Source: Acidobacteriota bacterium (GTDB lineage Bacteria > Acidobacteriota > Thermoanaerobaculia > Multivoradales > JAHEKO01). From it: 52,817 nucleotides of DNA. Positions within the stretch are counted from its first letter, which is position 1; each line of letters begins with the position of its first letter. A program made the position numbers and the translations under genes. Below, one piece after another: positions 10,287 to 19,592 of this stretch. A model generated the notes under the pieces. The model was not told the origin of the DNA. It searched no databases and saw only the letters and a list, made by a program, of their open reading frames with translations. Location: NCBI GenBank assembly GCA_030597375.1, contig JAUVRX010000001.1, positions 1 through 52,817 on the forward strand, in the 5' to 3' direction.

Positions 10287-10727
10287 GTGTGGAACAAACC
10301 CCAGTCGGATTCAGAGTCGCAGTCCCAGCCCGAGCCACAAGCATCACCGCCCAGCCGCCCAGCCGTGGCTACGTCATCCCGTCAAGCGGTGCTCGGCCCT
10401 TCGATCTCGATCAAGGGAAACATCTCGGGTGAAGAGGATGTCCTGATCGAAGGGCAAATCGATGGTGAGATCTCTTTTCGACAGAACACCGTCACCATAG
10501 GCCCCAAAGGCCGCGTCAAGGCCGACATTCACTGCAAGACCGTCTTCGTGGAGGGCCAGGTCAACGGCAATCTCTACGGCGACGAAAAAGTAGTCGTGCG
10601 CCAGACGGGCCGAGTCGAGGGCAACGCCGTCGCTCCCCGGGTGGTGCTGGAAGAGGGCGCCAACTTTCGGGGCAACATCGACATGCAACCAAGGAGCGGC
10701 AAGCACGTCGGCCCCGCGAAGAGCTAG
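10287..10727 (+). CDS. Bactofilin (polymer-forming cytoskeletal protein, DUF583)
   Basis: ORF 10209..10727 trimmed to GTG 10287 (AGGAGG at 10271-10276), because ATG 10209 lies inside the sigma-54 promoter. Beta-helix repeats ISIKGNISGEEDVLIEGQIDGEI...VFVEGQVNGNLYGDEKVVVRQTGRVEGNAVAPRVVLEEGANFRGNIDM. Disordered P/S/Q-rich N-terminus. Confidence 0.85.
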   Translation: MWNKPQSDSESQSQPEPQASPPSRPAVATSSRQAVLGPSISIKGNISGEEDVLIEGQIDGEISFRQNTVTIGPKGRVKADIHCKTVFVEGQVNGNLYGDEKVVVRQTGRVEGNAVAPRVVLEEGANFRGNIDMQPRSGKHVGPAKS

Positions 10728-10752
10728 CCAACAAAACTCGAGGAGACACTCC

Positions 10753-11376
10753 GTGAAACAGAACTGGAATCGCTTGATTTTGCCAGCCGTCCTGCTGACG
10801 GCGCTGGTGGCCAGTGGATGTGCCAGCAAGAAATATGTAAGGACCGAGCTCGACACGCATACTGCCACCTCGACGGAGAGGATGGACGGAATCGAAGGGC
10901 AGGTAGAGAGCAATCAGACGCGCCTGGATCTGCAGCAGCAGGAGATCGTCGAGATCTCTCAGACCGCTCAGGATGCGCTGGATCGCGCCATCGCAGCAGG
11001 TCTGCTGGCCGAAGGGAAGTTCCTCTATGAGACGGTACTTTCCGACGACAAGGTTCGCTTCGCCTTCAATCAGTCCACGCTCTCAGCTGATGGCATGGCG
11101 GCGCTCGACCAGTTCGTCAGCGAGCTCAGAGCGAGAGACGAGAACGTATTCATCGAGATTCAGGGACACACCGACTCGGTGGGTGACGACGCCTACAACA
11201 TGATTCTGGGTGAGCGTCGGGCCGAGGCGGTCCGCCGATACCTGAGTCAGACCGGAGGCATGGCTCTGCACCGCATGTCGGTGATCTCCTACGGTATGAC
11301 CGCGCCCATAGCGGACAACGCCACCTCAGAAGGTCGGGCGATGAACCGACGCGTGACGCTGGTCGTCCTGCAATAG
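10753..11376 (+). CDS. OmpA-family peptidoglycan-binding lipoprotein with N-terminal coiled-coil
   Basis: GTG 10753 with AGGAGA at 10741. Lipobox LVASGC. OmpA_C motif IEIQGHTDSVGDDAYNMILGERRAEAVRRYL...NRRVTLVV. Confidence 0.9.
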   Translation: MKQNWNRLILPAVLLTALVASGCASKKYVRTELDTHTATSTERMDGIEGQVESNQTRLDLQQQEIVEISQTAQDALDRAIAAGLLAEGKFLYETVLSDDKVRFAFNQSTLSADGMAALDQFVSELRARDENVFIEIQGHTDSVGDDAYNMILGERRAEAVRRYLSQTGGMALHRMSVISYGMTAPIADNATSEGRAMNRRVTLVVLQ

Positions 11377-11405
11377 CCTTCAAGCTCGACGGTCGCGACC
11401 CTGCA

Positions 11406-11455
11406 GACAGCTCTCCACGCTCATGCGCCCATGGCCGTGAGCGTGGAGAGCTGTC
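11406..11455 (+). terminator. Perfect 18-bp stem / 14-nt loop hairpin downstream of the OmpA-family gene (terminator-like, no U-tract)
   Basis: GACAGCTCTCCACGCTCA (11406-11423) and TGAGCGTGGAGAGCTGTC (11438-11455) are exact reverse complements. Starts 30 nt after the stop codon. Confidence 0.5.
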
Positions 11456-11538
11456 CACGGGCTCGTATCCGATCCAAATGGGCACTATCGGGCCCCGAGT
11501 CGAATCTTTGCCGACGCCAACGCGTATCATGGACAACG

Positions 11539-12177
11539 ATGTGGTCTTTCGCCCGACTCCAGAAGACGACCGTCCTGATTCCGGCCCTGCTTCTTGCTGC
11601 CTGTGGGACAGACCGCGCCTCGGCTGAGGAGATCGACAGACTCGCCGAGGCCCTTGCCATCGAGGCTGGGATGAAGGTCGCCGACGTCGGCGCCGGCGAC
11701 GGCGACTGGAGCATAGCCCTCGCCGAGCGGGTCGGCGACTCGGGCCACGTGTTCGCCACCGAGGTGGACCAGGACGAGATTCGAAAGATCGAAGACAAGG
11801 TGGCGCTGTCCCGACTCTCCAACATCACCGTGGTGCTCGGTGATCAGCGGGACACTGGCCTGCCAGATGGCTGCTGCGACGCCATCTTGCTGCGCTTGGT
11901 GTACCACCACTTCGTCGACCCACCAGCCGTGCTGGCCAGCATTCATGCAGCACTACGACCCAGAGGACTCCTGGCGGTGATCGACATCACCCCCCAGGAG
12001 CATTGGCGACGCCTGCGTGGCGTTCCAGAGCGCGGCGGCCACGGCATTCCACCCGACGACCTGATCGAGGAGATCAGTCGAACGGGCTTCGAATTGGTGG
12101 CGCGGTATGACGACTGGAACCATGACGCCGAGAGGTTCTGCGTCGTTTTTCGTCGCACCTCCCGGTCGGATCCCTGA
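11539..12177 (+). CDS. Class I SAM-dependent methyltransferase with lipoprotein-type signal
   Basis: ORF trimmed to ATG 11539. N-terminus MWSFARLQKTTVLIPALLLAAC (lipobox LAAC). SAM motif I VADVGAGDGDWSIALA followed by VFATEVD. Confidence 0.78.
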   Translation: MWSFARLQKTTVLIPALLLAACGTDRASAEEIDRLAEALAIEAGMKVADVGAGDGDWSIALAERVGDSGHVFATEVDQDEIRKIEDKVALSRLSNITVVLGDQRDTGLPDGCCDAILLRLVYHHFVDPPAVLASIHAALRPRGLLAVIDITPQEHWRRLRGVPERGGHGIPPDDLIEEISRTGFELVARYDDWNHDAERFCVVFRRTSRSDP

Positions 12178-12320
12178 ATTTCTCGTCCAGCCAGGAAGTC
12201 CTCGAAGAGGCCCTATGTGGCGAATTCCCTTGATGGGGATAGACAAAACCCTCTACCGTGATGACGTCGGGTCGATCACTATCGACTTGCTGATCGCGGC
12301 TGAGGTCACGAGGAGCGCAA

Positions 12321-14186
12321 GTGCGGGTCGAAATGTTGGAACAGATTGGCAGATACGAAATCGTCGGGGAGCTCGGCGCCGGCGCGATGAGCCGCGTTTA
12401 CCTGGCTCACGACCCCAATCTGGATCGCCAGATCGCACTCAAAGTCGTGCTCAAGGGTTGGACGTTGGATACCCGGGAACAGTCGGAGCTCGAGAGTCGG
12501 TTCCTACTGGAGGCCCGAGCCATCGGCAAGCTCTCACATCCCGGCATCGTGCGCGTCTATGATGCCGCGAGCGACCCGAAGACCGGCTTGCCATACATCG
12601 CCATGGAGTGGGTACAGGGTCGTTCCCTACGCAGCCATCTCGAAGAGAAGGGCCGCCTTTCCGGTGGCCGCACGATGGAGATCCTGGCTCAGGTGGCCCG
12701 TGCCCTCGACTACGCCCATTCGAAGGGCCGAATCCATCGGGACATCAAACCCTCCAACATCCTGATCGAGAAGGAAGGGCGGCCGAAGGTATCCGATTTC
12801 GGTGTCGCCAAGATCATGACCGAGACCCACACGACCTCCGGCCATGTTCTCGGCACGCCGGCTTATATGTCCCCTGAGCAGGTCCGGGACGAGCCCCTGG
12901 ATGGCCGATCCGACCTCTTCTCGCTGGGCGCCGTGCTATATCAGTGCTTGACCGGAATCCTGCCGTTCCCCGGTGATTCCCTCGTCCAAGTGGTCTACAA
13001 GATCCTCAAGGTGGACCCCCGCCCCATGCAGCTCCCCAGATCGCCGGCTACCCAATTGCTCGTCGCCATCACCGAGCGTGCCCTGCAGAAAGACGCCGCC
13101 AGCCGCTATCAGACCGGTGAGGAGTTCGCCCAGGCACTCACCGAGCTTCAGGAGCTACTGCAGGACGAGTCCTCGGAGGATCTGGATGCGGCGGCTCCGG
13201 AAGCACGCTCCAAGACCCATGAGATCCTGCAATTCCCCGGATCCATCGAGGCCGTTCCTGGATCCAGTGCAAGCGTGACCTCCTCGCAGACCGTACGGCT
13301 CAGCACTGCCGAGATGCAGGTTTTTCCGCCGGTCACCCAACAGATCGAGTCACCTCACGCCACGGCCGAAATCGCTCTCCAGAAAGAGATCACGTCACCT
13401 TCCAGGCAACGGCGGTGGCTTGCATGGCTGGCTTACGGAGCGGTAGGGCTCGGACTCGTGGCAGCTCTCACCTGGCTGGGAATACGAGCCCTGGGGAAGC
13501 CGGCGGCAATTCCCACCACCACGGAGAAACAGCTTCACATTCCCGACTTTGGCACCCGGTTCCAACCCCAAGAGGTGCGCGTCGAAAGATCGGTTGAAGC
13601 CCTACCAGACCCTCCGCACAGCGACATCCAAGCCGTGCCCGCCGGGGTTCCACGGGCGGCGCCAGGAAGCCGTCCGCAGCCCTCGACGGAGGCGCAGAGC
13701 ACCTCACCAAAGCCCGTGGCATCTCAGTCCCAGGTCGCCGGGCCCGAGGATTCGCCCAGTCGCCCCGTGACTCTGTTCAGCCAGCCGGTCAGCGAGACCT
13801 CTGCCGCTGCAACCGGTCCAGTCTCGACAGCTGTAGTCTCGAAGAGCTCTGGATCTCGTGCGCCAGTTGTCTCGGTGGTCGAGCTCCACTACCGTCACAG
13901 GAACGAAAAAGCCCATTTGTCCGTACTCGTCGACGGCGAGGTGGTGTGGTCCGAGCCGCTCAAGCGACCGATCAACCCCATAGCCTGGGCCAAGGGCAAG
14001 GACGTCATGGCCATCATCCCGGTGCCTGAGGGTCAGCACTCCCTCGAGGTCAGGGTCTCTGTGCCGGCCCAGGCCCTAGAAACTTCGAGAAGCATCCGTA
14101 GTCACTTCACCTCCGGCGCCCAGCGGGTCCTGAAAGTCACCCTGAACCGGAAGAGCGGTGATCTGCGACTGCGCTGGAAGGAGTAG
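12321..14186 (+). CDS. Hanks-type Ser/Thr protein kinase with TM helix and extracytoplasmic C-terminal domain
   Basis: GELGAGAMSRVY, ALKV, HRDIKPSNILI, SDFG, TPAYMSPE. TM helix WLAWLAYGAVGLGLVAALTWLGI. GTG 12321 preceded by GGAG. Confidence 0.92.
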   Translation: MRVEMLEQIGRYEIVGELGAGAMSRVYLAHDPNLDRQIALKVVLKGWTLDTREQSELESRFLLEARAIGKLSHPGIVRVYDAASDPKTGLPYIAMEWVQGRSLRSHLEEKGRLSGGRTMEILAQVARALDYAHSKGRIHRDIKPSNILIEKEGRPKVSDFGVAKIMTETHTTSGHVLGTPAYMSPEQVRDEPLDGRSDLFSLGAVLYQCLTGILPFPGDSLVQVVYKILKVDPRPMQLPRSPATQLLVAITERALQKDAASRYQTGEEFAQALTELQELLQDESSEDLDAAAPEARSKTHEILQFPGSIEAVPGSSASVTSSQTVRLSTAEMQVFPPVTQQIESPHATAEIALQKEITSPSRQRRWLAWLAYGAVGLGLVAALTWLGIRALGKPAAIPTTTEKQLHIPDFGTRFQPQEVRVERSVEALPDPPHSDIQAVPAGVPRAAPGSRPQPSTEAQSTSPKPVASQSQVAGPEDSPSRPVTLFSQPVSETSAAATGPVSTAVVSKSSGSRAPVVSVVELHYRHRNEKAHLSVLVDGEVVWSEPLKRPINPIAWAKGKDVMAIIPVPEGQHSLEVRVSVPAQALETSRSIRSHFTSGAQRVLKVTLNRKSGDLRLRWKE

Positions 14187-14192
14187 GCGATC

Positions 14193-14921
14193 ATGGAAGT
14201 CACCTGCGACAACTGCGAATATCCCTTTTCACCACCTGAAGGCGATGGCACCCGCACCGAATGGAGATGTCCGATCTGCGGCTCGCCGGCTCACAGGACT
14301 GACCAGGCGACCGGGCATCGCGATGATGAGAACAGACCCAAGAGTCTCGGCTCGAAGACCGCCGACCTGCTCGACGAGATCGAGATCGAGCCAGACAGCC
14401 AGGCAAATCCCGGAACGCCAGGCTTCTCACCACCCGATCGTGTGAACCCGGCCGATACGGTCTTCCAGCCCGCCCTGATGATGGATTCGATCATGGACGA
14501 GCTGGAGCCCGCCCAAACGGACAGCCGTACTGAGCAAGCCGCTTCCACGACTACCGGAACCGAGCTCATGACGGAGAAGACAGAGCTGCCCTCCCCTTTT
14601 CTCGATCTGGAGACCCAGCCCTATCTTCTGATCCTGGGGGCACGGCCCGGAGAGGAGCGTCGACCCATCGTTCGCGCTCGAACATCATTCGGCCGCAAAG
14701 AGGCCGACGTCAACCTCGCCGACCCTTCGGTCTCCACCACCCACTTCCAGATCGAGGCCTTCGGGTCCGAGTTCTTCGTCAGGGACCTCGAGAGCCGCAA
14801 CGGCACCTTTCTGAACAGCAACCGTATCCGCTACAGCCAACTCCTACCAGGCGACCAGATCACGGCGGGCCGAACAACCCTGATCTTCCGACTATCGAAC
14901 GACGAAATCGGCCGCGATTGA
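14193..14921 (+). CDS. Zinc-ribbon plus FHA domain protein
   Basis: N-terminal CDNC...CPIC zinc ribbon. C-terminal canonical FHA (SFGRKEADVNL...SVSTTHFQI...ESRNGTFLN...TLIFRL). Starts 6 nt after the kinase stop. Confidence 0.85.
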   Translation: MEVTCDNCEYPFSPPEGDGTRTEWRCPICGSPAHRTDQATGHRDDENRPKSLGSKTADLLDEIEIEPDSQANPGTPGFSPPDRVNPADTVFQPALMMDSIMDELEPAQTDSRTEQAASTTTGTELMTEKTELPSPFLDLETQPYLLILGARPGEERRPIVRARTSFGRKEADVNLADPSVSTTHFQIEAFGSEFFVRDLESRNGTFLNSNRIRYSQLLPGDQITAGRTTLIFRLSNDEIGRD

Positions 14922-14937
14922 CCCTGACCCGCGGGAT

Positions 14938-16188
14938 TCATGCGCCCGAATCCCTGTCTCCTGGGAAGAGGTAGGAACGCCCCCTCCAGCGTGAACCTCT
15001 GCCTGAGAAGTGCGACCAGGCCGAGGACAATGTCATGAGCGCGTAAAGCCCGCCTGCGACCGGCAGGGTCAGACAGTACACTGCTGGGACTCGATGGTGC
15101 CGGACCGATGGCAGAAGCGCCCTGGCCTGCAGCAGCCAAGCCAGGCTCGCCCAGGTGAGGGTCCGCAAGCTGATAGCAGCCGGAGCGGAGCCGCTGGCGG
15201 CCTGGACTCCTGCAGCTCCGATCAACAAAGGCGGTGCGACCACGACGACAGCAAGTCCCAGGATCACGAGACACAGGAGATCGACCCTGTAGCGCAGTTG
15301 CACGTAGGCGCTCCTTGCCACCATTTGCCACAACTCACCGAGACCGCGATAGGCTCTGATCGAGCGGATGTCCTCATCGAGACCCAGCCAGATCCGTCCA
15401 CCCGAAGCCTTGATCAGCCTGGCCAGCTCCACATCGTCGATGAGAGCGTCACGCATCGCCGCATGCCCTCCAGCAGCCTCGTAAGCCGACCGCCGAACCA
15501 GAACGCACCCACCCGCAGCAGCGGCGACAGACGACTTCGAATCCCTCACTCGACTAAAAGGGTAGAGCAGCTGAAAGAAGAAGACGAACGGTGGGATGAG
15601 GAGCCTTTCCCAGAAGCTTTCGGTATGCAGTCTGGCCATTACGGAGACGAGATCGAAGGGTCCCCCCTGCTCCACCGACTCCGCGCGGGCCATGAGATCC
15701 CTTACCGTGCTCGAGTCATGTTCAATATCCGCATCGCTGAACAGCCACCAACCAGGCTCGAAAGCCTTTCGATCCGACTCCGACTCCAGGAGCCACGCAG
15801 TCGCGTAGGCAATGGCGTGGACCTTGCCACTCCAACCTGTTGGCAGAGCGGGCACCTCGACCCAGCGCAGCGCCTCGCCCCGCTTCGAAGCTTCAGCCAG
15901 CCGATGAACCACCTCGGGTGTCGCGTCCTCGGAGCTGTCGTCGGCAACGACCACCAGGTCGATGGACTGCTGATTCAGGAGAGAAGGCAAGGTTCGCGCC
16001 AGTGTGATCGCCTCGTTTCGAGCCGGAACCACGGCGCAGACCGAGCTGGTCGGATGTCCACTGCTCTGCTCCCCGGCCTTCGGGAGAACCGATTCTCCGG
16101 GCCAGGCTCGAGAACGGTCCAGCGCCAGGCCGACCCAGAACGCCAGGCACACCAGCGCCGCGATCTCGAGCCCGATCATCGACAGCAC
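14938..16188 (-). CDS. Family 2 glycosyltransferase, HpnB-like (hopene-associated GT pattern)
   Basis: VVPARNEA...LLNQ...VVVADDSSEDAT. Also ERLLIPPFVFFFQLLYPFSRV...AAAAGGCVLVRRSAYEAAGG...LIDDVELARLIK, which matches my recollection of the TIGR03469-type signature. No other hopanoid genes are in the window. Confidence 0.8.
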   Translation of the reverse strand: MLSMIGLEIAALVCLAFWVGLALDRSRAWPGESVLPKAGEQSSGHPTSSVCAVVPARNEAITLARTLPSLLNQQSIDLVVVADDSSEDATPEVVHRLAEASKRGEALRWVEVPALPTGWSGKVHAIAYATAWLLESESDRKAFEPGWWLFSDADIEHDSSTVRDLMARAESVEQGGPFDLVSVMARLHTESFWERLLIPPFVFFFQLLYPFSRVRDSKSSVAAAAGGCVLVRRSAYEAAGGHAAMRDALIDDVELARLIKASGGRIWLGLDEDIRSIRAYRGLGELWQMVARSAYVQLRYRVDLLCLVILGLAVVVVAPPLLIGAAGVQAASGSAPAAISLRTLTWASLAWLLQARALLPSVRHHRVPAVYCLTLPVAGGLYALMTLSSAWSHFSGRGSRWRGRSYLFPGDRDSGA

Positions 16189-16226
16189 CTACCTGTGAAA
16201 TGTCTCTTCAGGCGGGCTCCAGCAGT

Positions 16227-17462
16227 CTAGCCGGCCAGGACTACCGCCCCAGCTGCCATCACCCGATTCCGACCAGCCCTCTTGGCCTGATAGAGGGCTT
16301 GATCGGCGGCGCGGATCAACTCGGAGCTGTTGCGCCCATCCTGGGGAAAGCAGGCAACACCGCCACTGATCGTCAGCCGATCGAGAGGCTGTTTGTCACC
16401 GAAGGGGAAATCGTAGGCCTCGATAGCGGCGCGGATCTTCTCGCCGGTGATCCTGGCTTGCGACTTGCTCTTGCCGGGTAGGATGAGCAGGAACTCCTCG
16501 CCACCGAAACGTCCGAAGATGTCGTCGATCCGGACCTGCTCCTTGACCAGACGAGCCAGAGTCTGCAGCAAGCGATCTCCTGCTACATGCCCGTTGACAT
16601 CGTTGTAGTTCTTGAAATGATCGATGTCGAACAGGAATACCGCCAGATTCAGCTTGTTCTCCTCAGCGTCGAATACCAGCTCACCCAATCTGAAGTTCAG
16701 GACTCCTTTGTTCCAGATCTTGGTGAGCGGGTCGACGTCGGCCACCGACTTGACCTCGGCATAGGCCTGGAGGTTGTTCAGGGCAAAGGCCCCCATCTGG
16801 GCAACCACCCTGAAGACGTCCTTGCTGAACGGCTTCTGTTTGTTGGGCCGCCGGAGAGCCATCACTCCGAGAGTGCGCTCGTCAATGGTCATGGGAGAGG
16901 CCAGATCGGGTCGAAACGCCGACACGCCCTTGGCGCGCACATTCCGGTGCGGTGCGGCTTCTCGCTCCAACTCGGTTCCGTCCAGGACACGATGCTGCTG
17001 CGCCACATATCCGAGGTCACCCTCACCCATGGCTACGACCATTCCGCGATCGAAGGTTGATCTGGGCGCAGCCACCGCTGCCGCGATGAACTCTTTGTCC
17101 CGGTCGGGCTGCGCCAGGGTGCGCTTGCGTCGCAGCAGAATGACGGCCTGTTCAGGCTGGAAGGTACGCATTACCACGTTCATCAGAACTTCCGGGATGC
17201 CCCTGGGGTTCATCTGATTGTTCAACTCCCCGGTCAGGTGCGGCAACTCACGAATGAAGTCGAGAACGAAGTTGAGCTCTTCATCGATCCGATGGATTCT
17301 CTTCAACAGGGTCCTGATCTCTCTGGTCTGGTCTTCCAGGGAGCGAGAAAGGCGCCGCGCGCGTATGAAGAACACGATCAGCATGCCCAGAAGGGCCAGG
17401 CTGATCAAAATGCTCAGCATGAAGATTCCGTTATCGGTCATCGGACCAAGACTCGGGGGCAA
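16227..17462 (-). CDS. Membrane-anchored diguanylate cyclase (TM - GAF-like - GGDEF)
   Basis: Active site RFGGEEF with an intact RxxD I-site (RIDD) five residues upstream. N-terminal TM helix IFMLSILISLALLGMLIVFFI. Confidence 0.9.
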   Translation of the reverse strand: MPPSLGPMTDNGIFMLSILISLALLGMLIVFFIRARRLSRSLEDQTREIRTLLKRIHRIDEELNFVLDFIRELPHLTGELNNQMNPRGIPEVLMNVVMRTFQPEQAVILLRRKRTLAQPDRDKEFIAAAVAAPRSTFDRGMVVAMGEGDLGYVAQQHRVLDGTELEREAAPHRNVRAKGVSAFRPDLASPMTIDERTLGVMALRRPNKQKPFSKDVFRVVAQMGAFALNNLQAYAEVKSVADVDPLTKIWNKGVLNFRLGELVFDAEENKLNLAVFLFDIDHFKNYNDVNGHVAGDRLLQTLARLVKEQVRIDDIFGRFGGEEFLLILPGKSKSQARITGEKIRAAIEAYDFPFGDKQPLDRLTISGGVACFPQDGRNSSELIRAADQALYQAKRAGRNRVMAAGAVVLAG

Positions 17463-17768
17463 TCAGCAGGCACCCGACTTCTCAGGCCAGGTGCGGGTCA
17501 ACGTGCGAAAACCACTTTCCGATTATACCCACGGATCTCAGGTGGTGCTGCGAACCGTGTAACTGTCGAGAATCGCACCCTGGAGAACGCTCTCCAGAAA
17601 TGGCAAGAACCGCTCATTGCCGTATCCAACATCTAGAATAGAGACGCTGAGCGAGATGCCGGCTGTGGGGCGGCGCTCTTGAAACGTGGATACAGCCCGC
17701 CTCCAACCAGGTCAGGGATTGTGCGTGTGTGCTTGAAACCAGCGCTCAGGTGCCGATAGAAGCTCCGA

Positions 17769-19592
17769 TTGATACGGTTCAGTGCTGTCATCGTCCACCG
17801 ATTCATCGTAGGAGGAGACTTGCAGGATTCCGGCTTTCAGTTCGCCCCCGAGACCTACGAGGCGCAGTTGGTCGCCCTCATTTCCGAGATCGAGGGCTTG
17901 GACTCCTTCGACCAGGCTAGCTACGAGTCGGTCCTACGACGACATCCCAAGGATGGCTCGGGCTTCTTCTCCAAGAGCGAGATCATTCAGGGTTTCCGCT
18001 ATCTGAATCGCAAGCTCGCCTGGGGCCTGGACGAACGCCCCTTTGTCGAAAAGCTGCGTATGAAGCCGATGCGGACACTGAGCGGTGTCGCCCCGGTGAC
18101 CGTGCTCACCAAACCGTATCCGTGCCCCGGAAAATGCATCTTCTGTCCGAGCGATGTGCGAATGCCCAAGAGCTACCTGTCGGACGAACCCGGCGCACAG
18201 CGTGCCGCCCAGCATCGGTTCGACCCCTTCAATCAGAGCTTGTCCCGGCTCCTTACCTACCACAATACGGGCCACCATGTGGACAAAGCCGAGGTCATCC
18301 TGCTGGGCGGCACCTGGTCTTCGTATCCGGAGACCTATCAGATCTGGTTCGTCAAAAGATGCTTCGACGCCCTCAACTCCTTTTCTCCAGAGACACGCAC
18401 ACCCTACTCGACCACCCCGACAGCACCCTTCGACTACCGTCAGTTGAAAGAGCAGGTCGATGGCCGACGTATGGAGCGCACATACAACACCATCGTCACC
18501 GATATCTGGCACCAACTGGACCCGACCGTCCAGGAACTCGAGGAGGCCGACTGGGATTCGTTAGCACTGGCTCAGACCGAGAACGAGTCGGCCTACGCCC
18601 GGTGCGTAGGGCTGGTCGTCGAAACCCGCCCCGACAACCTCGAACTGGAGGAGGCCCTACGCATCCGTCGCCTCGGCGCTACCAAGGTCCAGATCGGCTA
18701 TCAGAGCCTTTCCGATAGGGTCCTCAGCCTCAACCGTCGAGGCCACGATGTAGCGGCCACTCGTAGGGCCACGGCTGTGCTCCGGCAGACTGGATTCAAG
18801 ATCCACGCTCACTGGATGCCCAATCTGTACGGATCCACACCCGAGCTCGACGTTGAAGACTTCGAACGCCTGTTCGACGACGCCGATTTCCGGCCCGACG
18901 AGTTGAAGATCTACCCGTGCAGCCTTGTCGACAGCGCCGAACTGATGGGGTACTACCAGCGTCAGGAGTGGAGCCCCTATTCCCAGAGCGAACTGACGTG
19001 GGTACTCACCGAATGTCTGACGCGAATTCCCGAGTACTGCCGGCTCAGCCGGGTCATCCGCGACATTCCAGGAACCGACATCGTGGTAGGCAACAAGATT
19101 ACCAATCTTCGGGAGGTGGTCGAAGCAGAGATCCGACATCGTGGCCTCGAGAGTCGGGACATCCGAGCCCGGGAGATCCGTCACCGAGGCGTGGATCTCG
19201 ACCGACTCACCTTGCATCGACTGGGCTATGACACCTCCATCGGCCGTGAGGTCTTTCTTCAATTCGTCACCAACGAAGACCGGATCGCCGCCTTCCTGCG
19301 GCTATCCTTACCGGGCGGCTCGGTCCAGATCCCCGAGATCGACAGCAGCGCCATGATTCGGGAAGTTCATGTCTACGGCGCCCTAGCGACTATTGGACAG
19401 AAGCGGGGTGTTCGATCCCAACACCTCGGCCTCGGCCGGAATCTCATCACGCGAGCCAAGGAGATCGCCGCTGAAGCCGGCTACAGGGACCTGGCGGTCA
19501 TCTCAGCCGTCGGCACTCGACCCTACTACCGGAAGCTGGGGTTCACCGACGGGCCTCTCTATCAGCACTTCGACCTGAGTAGGAGTCCGTAA
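17769..19592 (+). CDS. elp3: Elp3-family radical SAM / GNAT acetyltransferase (tRNA U34 carboxymethylation enzyme homologue)
   Basis: rSAM motif [31 protein letters not shown]-terminal KAT/GNAT region [13 protein letters not shown]...[10 protein letters not shown]...[20 protein letters not shown] begins at TTG 17769; TTG 17820 preceded by GGAGGA is a plausible true start. Confidence 0.85.
   Translation: MIRFSAVIVHRFIVGGDLQDSGFQFAPETYEAQLVALISEIEGLDSFDQASYESVLRRHPKDGSGFFSKSEIIQGFRYLNRKLAWGLDERPFVEKLRMKPMRTLSGVAPVTVLTKPYPCPGKCIFCPSDVRMPKSYLSDEPGAQRAAQHRFDPFNQSLSRLLTYHNTGHHVDKAEVILLGGTWSSYPETYQIWFVKRCFDALNSFSPETRTPYSTTPTAPFDYRQLKEQVDGRRMERTYNTIVTDIWHQLDPTVQELEEADWDSLALAQTENESAYARCVGLVVETRPDNLELEEALRIRRLGATKVQIGYQSLSDRVLSLNRRGHDVAATRRATAVLRQTGFKIHAHWMPNLYGSTPELDVEDFERLFDDADFRPDELKIYPCSLVDSAELMGYYQRQEWSPYSQSELTWVLTECLTRIPEYCRLSRVIRDIPGTDIVVGNKITNLREVVEAEIRHRGLESRDIRAREIRHRGVDLDRLTLHRLGYDTSIGREVFLQFVTNEDRIAAFLRLSLPGGSVQIPEIDSSAMIREVHVYGALATIGQKRGVRSQHLGLGRNLITRAKEIAAEAGYRDLAVISAVGTRPYYRKLGFTDGPLYQHFDLSRSP

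Noticed and set aside
15010-16230. 406-aa + strand ORF antisense to the glycosyltransferase gene
   Set aside because: The translation is R/Q/P/H-rich and low-complexity, with no motif or RBS. The opposite strand encodes a protein with clear GT2 motifs. This is the typical stop-free antisense frame of a GC-rich gene.
17602-17621. TGGCAAGAACCGCTCATTGC upstream of elp3 as a sigma-54 promoter
   Set aside because: The GG and GC elements are five nt too far apart.
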